NCBI GenBank assembly: GCA_030770535.1
Contig: JASVEC010000011.1
Location: forward strand, 62,001 to 126,000
Length of the DNA: 64,000 nucleotides
Origin: Batkoa obscura
Taxonomy: Eukaryota
Direction of reading: 5' to 3'
This document shows positions 25,901-36,647 of this stretch, piece by piece. The notes under the pieces were generated by a model. That model saw only the letters and a list, made by a program, of their open reading frames with translations. It had not been told where the DNA came from and made no database searches. How positions within the stretch are numbered: position 1 is the stretch's first letter; every line of letters starts with the position of its first letter. Made by a program: the position numbers and the translations under genes.

Positions 25901-26939
25901 ACTGGTGGTGAAGGTTGAGTTAATACTTTTACTGCACTCAATGCAGACTCTTTGATATCCAAAGGAAGCCTTAATGGAATTTCCGCAATAGTATCATTCA
26001 TTACATTTTCCATATAGTACATAGCTACAATAAATTCAAATGCTTCAAGCTGTCCTTTACCTTCTGTATCAGATACATTCCAAATATCCTTCAATATTTC
26101 AACTGGAATATTACTCTTCATCATAATATCTCTTACTGAGTTTCCATCTAATACATCTTCACCAAATGACGCTTTTTGGAATATTCTGTAATATTTTTGG
26201 GCATCTGAGAATGGTATCTTATTAAACTTTCTACTATTGCTTGTCAAACTATCAAATGGTGAATTTGAAACTTGATCAAAAGGTGACCGGCTAAAACTTC
26301 CTCTTGTTGAACGTGATGATGAACGAGATGTTGGTATTATTATCCCATCAAAAGTTGGTAATGGACAAGCTAAAAAGGCTGGTCAATTTTTTATAAAGTT
26401 ATGAGCATAAAAACCTACCTCCACTCAGATGTGATAAAGCTAATGTTCTTCCATTTTGAGCCATGGCAATGAGTTTCATAGCAACTTTAAATCCAGGAAA
26501 GCGCAATAAACCTTCATTTTTTAAATCAGCCATTTGCCAAATCTGAATGACAAATCATGTGATTAGTTTATCATTCTTTTAATTTAATAGTTAAATTTAA
26601 ATTTACTTTTGAAAGGGTACTAGGATCCAAGTTTGATTTTTTAAAATAAGGAACAGCTTGGTTACCATCCAAAAAACCCAATTGTTTACCACCCATTTTT
26701 TCGAATAAAAAGTCAAACGCTTGTTCTTCAATTGGAGTAAACATCTCTTTTTTATCCGAATTATTTCCAAAGTCAGGTACATTTAAAGATGGGTTTGAAG
26801 AAGCACTTCTACCTATATTATATCCTTTACCACTTGTTTCGCTACCATTTGATGGGCTCTTTAATAAACTATCTTCAAATAAAAGATCAAATGGCTTATT
26901 GCCAATGTCACTTGAGGCATATGGGGTTGTTGGTGCCAT
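22955..26939 (-). CDS. EDE1: EH-domain endocytic scaffold with coiled coil and C-terminal UBA (Ede1/Eps15-like), multi-exon
   Basis: Three EH domains (FKKSNLDPSTLSK|IWQMAD; MMKSNIPVEILKDIWNVSD...EFIVAM; FIRSKLSNSDLAEIW|ELAD...DEFAVAMHLI), a coiled coil, DPF/NPF motifs and a UBA (LMQMGFAIEQANEALAKYDNDLDLATNFLL). Confidence 0.9.
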
Positions 26940-29008
26940 GAAATAAATAAAGTTTTGAAAGTTTCAATTGATAATTTTAATAACTCTATTGATTGGTTCA
27001 ATTAAAGATTCAATTTCTAAAAATCATGTGGCTTATTTGGATTGATGAAATGACATGGTAAAGTCAATATTAGGACAAACCGAAATATTAAAATGTAAAA
27101 AAAGTGATTTTTAAAGTCAATATTGAATGCAATGAATTATTAAAAAAGTATTAACAAGTATTAAGTCTTTTATGAAAACAGCTTTAAAAAGTGATAAGGA
27201 ATTATATACTTTGAGAAGTTTATTAAACGGGTTTTTCTAAAGTTACTCTACTCTGTCCATTAAGGTATTATCAGTCTTTACAAGAGAATAATGGTAAGAA
27301 GAGTGTTTTTAAATCGTTAAGTTCCCTTTAATATAATTTCTGATGCCATCTAGAGATAATAGATAAAACTTAAAGTTACATCATAAAGCCATTAAGCTGT
27401 AGATTATAATAGAAAATCAATAAATTTACATAACAAAAATACTTGAATACTTTTATAAATTCTAGTATAAATACACTTGGGAATGTCATTTTTGGTTTCA
27501 GTTGTTTGCCCATTTTTTATTGCTATGTAAATTTAAAAATTAATGTTAAATATTGAAACAAAAAAATGTTAACATGTGTAAAAGTGCACTTACGTCTCAA
27601 TATTTTTATTTAAAATGAATAATTGGTACTTTGAATTTGTATTTTAATAGCTGTATTATGTTAATAACCTCATAAAGGTATCTAATAAGCTCTCTAACAA
27701 AAATAAGCTCCTATCATGGTGATATAAAATTAACATGATAGATTTATGCATCACTAAGAAATTAATCTATAAGTTGGGTTTCATTATAAATGATTTACTG
27801 TAGTTAGTTGTTTTCTATAGTAAGGTTATTTTACTACTGATAATAAAGCAAGTTTAACCCAAATAATAACTTTCTATTGGTTTAATTGACTCAGTGATAA
27901 AAAACTAACAAGTAGTAAATTTATGATAATTTTTTTGCTATATGAAAATAGATTCTATAGATATTAAAGAATCGGATGGACTAGTGCAATTTATACTCTG
28001 GGAATTGGTGGTCAGAGGATTTGAAAGAATATTCTCAGAATATAATTCTCTATTGTTAATTTCTATAGTATTGTTACATAGTAACTTAAAACATACTGCT
28101 GAGTTAAGGAAGCTCTAATGTACAGCATTCGAAAGTCTTGATTGAATCTCGTTTTAATAATTTTGTAATTTTAAAGCAGCTTAAAATTTGGAAAATCATT
28201 GGCTTAATTTTCAGTAAAAAATAGCAGAAAGAGTTTATTATGTTTATTATTGAATATAGCTATTTAAATTTGTATACAGAATAATTTGATTATAATAATT
28301 TGATTTTTATTGTTGCTATATGATTTTTTATATAAATATTGATTTAACTAGTTATTCATTATAAATGGATACAATATATATATAATGGTTAACTAGTAAT
28401 TAACTATAATTGTTATTGATTACAACATTAGTTACTCGATTATTTTAACTAAATTCAAGTAGCAAAGAATGTGACAATGAATTCATTAACTCAACCTGGA
28501 TTATTTTTAGACAAATTTTAAAATAAACTATACATTTAATAAACCTTAAATAAAAACATAAATTTAGTTTAATATAAATAATATACTCTATTTAATTAAG
28601 AGTAATAATATATTAATAGAATCATTAATTAAACTATTTAAAAACTAGAAAATTAATTGATTTTCTATAGTTTTAATTTTGCCAAATATTTTAAGCTATA
28701 AATTGATAACGCAAGAGCCAATTAAACGAATTCAGGCCTATTTAGCCAAGATTAAGTAAAGCAGCATAACAAATAAAAAACGTGGTAAATTCATAAAAAA
28801 TTGAAAAATATCAAACAGTTAATGAAATAAACTCAAAATACAACGGTATTAAAAAAGATAATATCGTTACTATCAGGTTGTAGGAAATTTAATTTTGTGA
28901 TACTTATCCTTTTTTATATTATTTATTAAAAATTCCTTCATTTCTCTCTTTCATAATTATTATTTTTCTTTAGACTCTTAAAACTAATTTTATTTCTTTA
29001 AAAATCTC

Positions 29009-30189
29009 ATGATTCAATTCGGTCGTTATTTTGGGCTATGTGAAAATGCCCCTCTACCATTATGTCCTTTAGTTGAAAAACCTCACTTAAATGGTCCTTT
29101 ATGTTATGCCAGATCTATAGAAATTAACTCTACGCTAATATTTCAACCGGCTACTTTAGCCATGCAAATAGTAGCTTTATTAATGACAATAGTTATGATC
29201 TATCATATAAAAACAAAGTATACTGCTGTTGGTAAGTTGATAAGTATTAATAACTTGTATGTTAATTTTAATAATATTATTTATTTAGGTCGAAAAGAAA
29301 TGGTTTTGTTTTTTTATCTTTATTTGTTAACAATTGTTATGGAGTTTATTATTGTTTCTGGGTTAGTAGCAACCGCATCACCTGCTTACCCATTTTTAGT
29401 GGCTGGGTATTATGGGTTAATATCAGCTTCTTTATTTAGTTTAATGTTAAATGGGTTTGTTGGGTTTCAATTTGCTGAAGATGGTACCTTTTGGTCTTTG
29501 TGGGTAATATATATTATTTAATGTTATTAATATAAAAATACTGATTTATTTTTTAAAGACAATAAGAGTATTAAGCTTTGTAGTATTTGGATTAAGTTAT
29601 TTTGTTGCAGTTGGTACCTTTTTAAATATCGGCTTTAGTTCGACTTCACCAACAGTACTTTGGATTTGGATGTACATATTTCAAGGTTTATCTATCTTAA
29701 TTTATTCAGTATTACAAATTATTTTAGTTGTAAACACTTTAGACGATTTATGGCCAATTGGTAATATAAAATAATAAGTAATAATAGAGTTGTTTATACT
29801 AATATTTTTTAGGCAATGTTATCCTTGGTTTACTTTTATTTATTTCGGGACAAATAATATTACATATTTTATCGCCACGTATATGTGATTATATGGGACA
29901 TTATATTGATGGTTTCTTTTTTGAAGTGATATGTACATTATTATCAGTGATGATGGTTTATAAATATTGGGATTCAATTACAAAAGAAGATTTAGAATTT
30001 TCGGTATCTGGCAATCAAAATGTTTGGGAAGTTAAAGAATTATTAGAAGATATGGAAGATACTTATGATCCCTCTGATTTCAAACCCATACAATCTAGTC
30101 CTTATTCCTATTATCAATTATCGTCTAATAAGTCTTTTACTAAAGATTTTAATCAAAATTTATTCAATTCTAATAATTATCATACTTAA
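29009..30189 (+). CDS. CHS7: Chitin synthase export chaperone, 4 exons
   Basis: FGLCENAPLPLCPLV...CYARSIE...KYTAVGRKEM...NGFVGFQFAEDGT...HYIDGFFF...SVMMVYKYWDSITKEDLEFSV. Confidence 0.96.
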
Positions 30190-30367
30190 ACCAGGATCAC
30201 GTATATGTTCTATTCTGTTTCCTTTTAAAATTAATTTAAATAAAATTATGTTAATATAATAAATATCTTTGTTATTCTAAGTATTATTTGTCAAGTAAGA
30301 GAGAGAACTATAAAAGAAAATTAAGTTAAAAAATATTGAATGAGATTACCAATTTTAATAATGAAGC

Positions 30368-30721
30368 TTAAAGGTTATTTTTCAATAATTGAATTTTCAA
30401 GGAAGGTAAATCCGATTTTGTTAGCTTAGGGCATTTAACAATAAGGAGGCCTTGTTGAATAAAGGCATGTACTTTAGAAAGACAAATCTTATCAGCAGGT
30501 AGATCTACGTTATATTTAAATGCCTCCTCCTCATTAATATTGCTCTTTCTATTGTTGATTTCCTCTTCATCTTCATCCCCTTTTGCTTTATCTGCTGATA
30601 TTTTTAATGTACCATGTTCAATATTGATATCAATATCATCATTTTCGAATCCTGGTAATTTTACTTGAAAATAATAAGAGTTGGCAGATTCTGCCCATTG
30701 GTGTGGATACTTGGTGGTCAT
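30368..30721 (-). CDS. Small heat-shock (HSP20/alpha-crystallin) protein with minimal N-terminus
   Basis: WAESANSYYFQVKLPGFENDDIDINIEHGTLKISA...VDLP...VHAFIQQGLLIVKCPK...KIQL. First ATG at 30721. Confidence 0.8.
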   Translation of the reverse strand: MTTKYPHQWAESANSYYFQVKLPGFENDDIDINIEHGTLKISADKAKGDEDEEEINNRKSNINEEEAFKYNVDLPADKICLSKVHAFIQQGLLIVKCPKLTKSDLPSLKIQLLKNNL

Positions 30722-31089
30722 AGTTTTATATAATAAAAGTGGAATACTTATCAACTTTACTTTAGTTTATATACTTTATCCTTCTTTTATTACTACGTAA
30801 TACTTTATGTTCTTATTATTATCCCTTGTTTTTTATTTTGTTTAATTAGTTGGATTATTATAAATTATTCTTGAGGTGAAACAAGGGATGATTTATTACT
30901 GTATTATTAAAAGTAACAAAAATTAGAAGCTAAGCGGTAGCTATTAATAATATTTACACATCTATTATGAGTGTTTTAAGTATTATTAGCGATATTCTCC
31001 AGTTTACAAATAATTCAATACTTGGATAAAAAATGCATTAAGTGCTTTGATATAAAAAGAAAAGTATTATTATAAACTAGAGTTTAAAT

Positions 31090-33533
31090 ATGGATCATAA
31101 AGTAATAAATGTTTTGAGTGGTAAAGATAAAAGAGAAATAGAATCCTCATTATTTATATATGATCTGAATCAATGTTTGAAAAAACTTTTGGAAATAAGT
31201 AAATATAACACTATTACTGTTGCTGCTTTTATTCTATTTAATAGGCATCGATTCACATGCTTTAAAAATTGATATAGAATTGATATCAAACCCTTTGACC
31301 CTAAAAATCAGTGATAATGGAAATGGAATCAAACCTTCAGATATGCAAAATATCAATAACTTCGAAAGTACTATTATTAGTTTAATTTATTCACTATATA
31401 ATATAATTTTTTTAAGGTCATAATTCAACTTATAATAACGATGATGACTTATATTTTAATCACTACAAAAAAAGTAAAGAATTGTAGTAGTATTTTTTCA
31501 ATATATAACAAAATTTTAGTTTTTTATTATATTTCAAACGTTGCCCATCTAAACATTATTAGTAGAGTTGAGCCATTCTATTTGGCTTATAAGGTTGATG
31601 TTGGGGTATCTCTTTATCAAATAAATCAATTTGGTTCTAATAAATTCTAGCTTGAGGTCATGTCTCCTACGGTTATTTCAAATGTTTCAACAGAGCTAAA
31701 GCGTGGTACTATCATTGTAGTGACCAAGTTATTTAATAATGTAAAACGTAAATTAAAAGATCAAAGCTAACTTCTAGTAGATTCCGGTAAGAAAAAAAGC
31801 AATGTATAATGAATTGGATAAAAATATAAGCAACCTTCAAGATACTATAAAGATGTATGCCTCTATTTTTTACAGTGTCGAGTTTCATTTTGATTATAAC
31901 AGCAAAGAAGTCGTTAATTATAATAAAGTATTTCTATTAATATTAAATACAAAGTTTACTTATTATGAAGGATAACAATATTAAGAGGAGATTTCAAAAA
32001 GTAATCAATTTAGATCAAGAAAAGGTACATAAATTAAATAATATTAAAAACTTGTCAATAGTTAGGATATTATAGAAGTAACATATAAACGCCATGAAAA
32101 TAAAATTCAAGTATTATTATCGATTAAAACATTTATATCAAAGGTTTGTTAATATAATCAACTATCAATATGCTAAAACTATTGTAGAAATATCAATTTA
32201 CATGTTTGTTTTATCATAACATTAAAATACTAACAAGTTATTTTAGTTATAAACAAAAGATTTATTAATATTCCAGAAATAACAACTATTGTAAATAATA
32301 AGTTAAAGATTCTTAAGGTTTATTCACTATTCTATTTTATTATACTTAGTATTTATTTCATATTAGGACCAAAAAAAAGGTTGAAAAATAGAAAGTACAG
32401 AAGACATGAATTAATTTTTTTTACAGGAAGACATTTGGCCTATTTGATTTCAATTAAAACTAATATCCCTGATTTATATTATAAAATAGGGGATGAATAT
32501 CAATGCTTATTAGGAAAAGAGGTTGGTTTATTTAAAAATAATTAAGCTAAACTTGAATATAGGAAATGTTTGTAATACAACAACTTGTATATAACGCACT
32601 ATCTATTTTATGTAATAATGAAACATTGATTCAAATAAGAAATTCCTTATTACATAATACCAATGTAATATATTATAAACATTTTCTGTTTTTATTATTC
32701 AATAATACTTTAGGAATCAAAAGAACAAAGTGTAAAATTAAGGGAGCGATATGAAGCAAACGAAAACAATAGTGTGTTAAATTTAAATAAAAATATATTT
32801 AAATCAATTAAGGTAGTTGGACAAGTCGATACTAAGTATATATTAGGCTATATCAATAACCTCAAGGAAGGCATAAATAAAACATTTATAATGATAGATC
32901 AACATGGTGCTCATGAAAGAATAAGGTTTGAATGGTCTGATGAGAATTTGAAATCCAAAAATAATGAAAGTTTAATATTAAATCCAATAATAATAATTAA
33001 ACATAGTGTAGCAGAAAATGATACACAAAACATCCAAAACTTCAATAAAATGATGAAGAGCTATGGATTTGCCTTAAAGATAGAGAATAACATTATGATA
33101 CTATATAAAATTCCAGTCTTTCTCTATAGCATCATAGATAAATTAGACTCTACTACTAAATTAAATGTCTTAAATAGCCAAATTCAAAATCTTATTTTGC
33201 ATTTATTAGAAGATGTTAAAAACTTCATAATGAATGAAGATGACTTTAATTTATCTACAATACCATCTGTTAATGAATTTAGTGCAACATTTGCTTGTAA
33301 AGGTGACTAATAATAATTGTCTTATTATTGTCATTGATCTTATTTTAGGCGCAATTAAATTTGGTGATAAGTTAAGTACCGAGCAATGTCAATACATAAT
33401 AGATCAGCTAAGTTTAGTTAAATTTCCATTTGTATGTGCTCATGGGAGGTAAAACAATGATTTTATATTAAATGTTATAATTATTAAATAGTGATATAGA
33501 AATACAACGCATGTTATAGGATCTTTTAAATGA
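31090..33533 (+). CDS. MLH3: MutL homolog MLH3, compact and divergent, many short exons
   Basis: ISDNGNGI and GTIIVVTKLFNN|IPVRKK in the N-domain; C-domain VVGQVDTKYIL, IDQHGAHERIRFE, ACK|GAIKFGDKLSTEQC, FPFVCAHGR. Confidence 0.85.
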
Positions 33534-33623
33534 AACTTTTTAAATAAAATTTTAAGCCTATAAATAAATTTTGTAATTACATACAAAATTAAAATTTAAA
33601 AAGATAATAAAAAGATAAAATAT

Positions 33624-33713
33624 GATACTATTTATTGCCTAGTTCTTATTCAAGATACTATTTATTGCTTAGTTCTTATTCAAGATACTATTTATTGCCT
33701 AGTTCTTGTTTAG
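33624..33713. repeat. 30-bp tandem repeat x3 (gatactatttattgcYtagttcttattcaa)
   Basis: Three near-identical copies abutting the stop codon of the 33710-34342 gene; each contains AATAAA on the minus strand. Confidence 0.9.
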
Positions 33714-34342
33714 AGACGAGATTTACCAAGAGAAATGGGACGAGCACCTTGAGTTTGAGCATTTGGTTGTTTTGGGAATTTAACAGTAAGTACACCATTA
33801 TCAGTGTTAGCTTGAATATCATCTACCTTAACACGGGAAGTAGGTACAGGAAAAGATAAGTAGAAGCGATTGGCAAAAGAGTTATATTGAGAATAATTGG
33901 TAAGTGGATAAGGAGTATTTAAATCTTGATATTGAGAATAAGTTTGAGCAGAGTAGAAGCTATTAGAACCAACTTGTTGATATTGATTGTTATTATTACT
34001 ATTATTATTGTTATTACCAAATAATGATCCTAATCCATACCCATGTTGTTGACCTTGTTGTTGACCTTGTTGTTGTTGATTATTAAATTGATTAGAATTA
34101 TATTCAACACCAGCTTCGATAGTGATTAAAGGATTAGATGGATCACCAGTAGCATCATCAACTTTAACATTAATTTCTTTTTCAGTCAAACCTGGTAAAG
34201 CTACTTTTAAATAATAAACATGATTATCTTCAATCCATTTGGTTTGTACAACAGCAGCGGAATAATTAAAATAATCATTATTTAAATTATTATCAGTTTG
34301 ATTTTGGTTACTACCAAATAAATTTTTTAAGCCAAGAGTCAT
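33710..34342 (-). CDS. Small heat-shock (HSP20) protein with a long Q/N/Y/G-rich insertion
   Basis: KWIEDNHVYYLKVALPGLTEKEINVKVD...LITIEAG [insert] FYLSFPVP...DDIQANTDNGVLTVKFPK...RPISL. Confidence 0.82.
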   Translation of the reverse strand: MTLGLKNLFGSNQNQTDNNLNNDYFNYSAAVVQTKWIEDNHVYYLKVALPGLTEKEINVKVDDATGDPSNPLITIEAGVEYNSNQFNNQQQQGQQQGQQHGYGLGSLFGNNNNNSNNNNQYQQVGSNSFYSAQTYSQYQDLNTPYPLTNYSQYNSFANRFYLSFPVPTSRVKVDDIQANTDNGVLTVKFPKQPNAQTQGARPISLGKSRL

Positions 34343-35635
34343 TTCTATATAAATAGAATAAAAAGGAGAAGATCAATAAGTTAGTTATACATAATAGAAG
34401 AATAGAAATAAAGATTACTTAAATGTTTTCAATTTTTAATAATAAAAAAGAAGATAAAAAAATACTAATAATAATATTAAGGATTGTTTTTATATACTTT
34501 ATTGTCTACTTAGGTGACGTATGAAAACAAGTTCATTAGATAATTTTTATCTATTTCTTTTTTTCTACCCTTAAAATTTTATTTTTATAATAATTTTATC
34601 CCTTAAAAATAATAATTGAACATGGTATCATCAATGATGTTTTATTGGAATTTTAAAAGGGATTTCGTCATCATCGTTAAATGACTAATAATAACTGATT
34701 ATTTAAGATGATTGAAGGTAATGATTGGTCAATTGAGATTTCTAATTTTAGTTAATTACTTAATTTTTTGCGTGTTGCATTTTAAGCCATGTTGTTATTA
34801 CTATTATGAATATTAAGGATAGACTTAATTTTGAGGATTAAGATCAATAAGAAAATTATAATTTTTGTTCAATTTATAGGTTGATTATTTAAAATAATAA
34901 TAACATAAATGTACTTTATTTATTAGTTTAATCTTTTAATTTATTATCATATGAATTTTAGTTCAAGTTGAAGCTTTTCAATAGTCTATAACTTTACAAG
35001 TTTGTCTTAAAGAAGCTCATCTACATCTATGAGTCTTCATGTAAATTACGAATCTATTGCTTTTAATGTTACATGTTGTTATAAGTTATTCTTGTTATTT
35101 AATTTATTTAATAATTTATATAGGACTTATAATTGTAGTTTGAAAGTTTTTTAATTTGAGTTAAACGAAGTATGAATTGAGGTCATAACCTATTAGTTTC
35201 ATGATTCATGTTTAGTTTTCTTATTGTATTGTTTAATGTTATGAGAAGTTCTATAGAAATAATTAAAGGCAAAGCTTGAAGTATTTTATATTAAATTATT
35301 TAAAAAATCATAAAAATGAATTTAAATTAATAATAGTAAATAAAATAACGCTTTTTTTAAAATAATTCTTATCTTTATTTAATATTTATTTAAAATTTTA
35401 TTATACTATCATTTTAATATTATTATTTTGTGGAATCATTGTTTAAATTATTTTAAAATAAAGTGCAAAAATCAAAACCTAAAAATGAATATAAAAATCT
35501 AATTTTTTTTTTTTAAATTTCTATCTATTATAGTTAATTCTCAAGTAAACCACATATCATTTTATTGATTTAATTAAATTAATCATTCCTTCCCTTCAAC
35601 ACAACTTAGTTTTGAAACACTTTGACTTCAAAAGC

Positions 35636-36567
35636 ATGAACATATTAACCATTGTCACTGGGGCTTCACAAGGAATTGGTAAAGCATGTAGTGAATTATT
35701 AATCAAAGGAGGAAGTAGTGTTTTAGGAATAGCAAGAAATGAATCATTATTAAAAGAAATTCAACAACAACATTCCAACTTTCATTATATTGTAGCAGAT
35801 ATTTCGGATGATAATAAAATTAAAGAAATAATTGTTTGGGTAAAAAATAATCAATTTGATCAGATTAATTTAGTTAATAATGCTGGGTAAGTTAAAATGA
35901 GAAATATAGAAATTATATAAATGGTATACTAATAATAGTAATTGTTTAGATTAATTGAGCCCATAAAACCTATATTCGAATTAACTAGAGATGAGTTAAC
36001 AAAGTAAATTCAACCTTGTTCAATCTACAAAATAAATTAATAATTAATAGAATCTTCAATATCAATGTCATTTCCTTAATAAATCTCACTACCAAATTAT
36101 TACCTTATTTAAAAGAAGGACGTATTATTAATTTAAGTTCTGGAGCCTCTATAAAACCAACTTATGGATGGTCCGCTTATTGTATGAGTAAAGCAGCAAT
36201 TAATATGTTTTCTCAAGCTTTAGCTTTAGAACATCCTAAAATTTTTAATTTAGCTTTACGCCCAGGGGTAGTGGATACTGAAATGCAAAATGAAATTCGA
36301 ACTAAAGGTAAGTGTTTTGTTTTGTACCATTTTTTTGAAGTGAATAGAGACTAATAAGAGAATTCTTTTCTTATGTGTTTAGGTGTAACTGGAATGAGTA
36401 AAGTAGATCATGAAAAATTTAACAATTTAAAAGTTAATAATCAATTATTATCTCCTTATCAACCAGGGGAAGTAATTGCTAACCTTATATTAAGTAAGAA
36501 TTTACCTTGGGAATTAAATGGTAAATTTATTTCTTGGGATTCAGATGAATTAAAAAACTTAATTTAA
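35636..36567 (+). CDS. Short-chain dehydrogenase/reductase (benzil reductase / sepiapterin reductase-like), 4 exons
   Basis: IVTGASQGIG, LVNNAG, INLSSGAS, YCMSKAA (YxxxK), LRPGVVDTEMQ, NGKFISWD. Confidence 0.92.
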
Positions 36568-36647
36568 ATTAAGTAAATAAAATAAATAAAGGTAAAAATG
36601 AAATTTGTTCATTTATTCATTTATTCAATTTTAATATGTTTAAATTA

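Noticed and set aside
31606..31650. MLH3 intron starting GTATCTCT as a possible U12-type intron
   Set aside because: It does not match GTATCCTT, lacks a TCCTTAAC branch site, and is an ordinary 45-nt GT-AG intron.
33624..33713. 30-bp repeats as a possible CRISPR array
   Set aside because: Copies are directly adjacent with no spacers, there are no cas genes, and the context is eukaryotic.
35244..35259. Heat-shock element between the sHSP and SDR genes
   Set aside because: GAA/TTC spacing does not fit nGAAnnTTCn.
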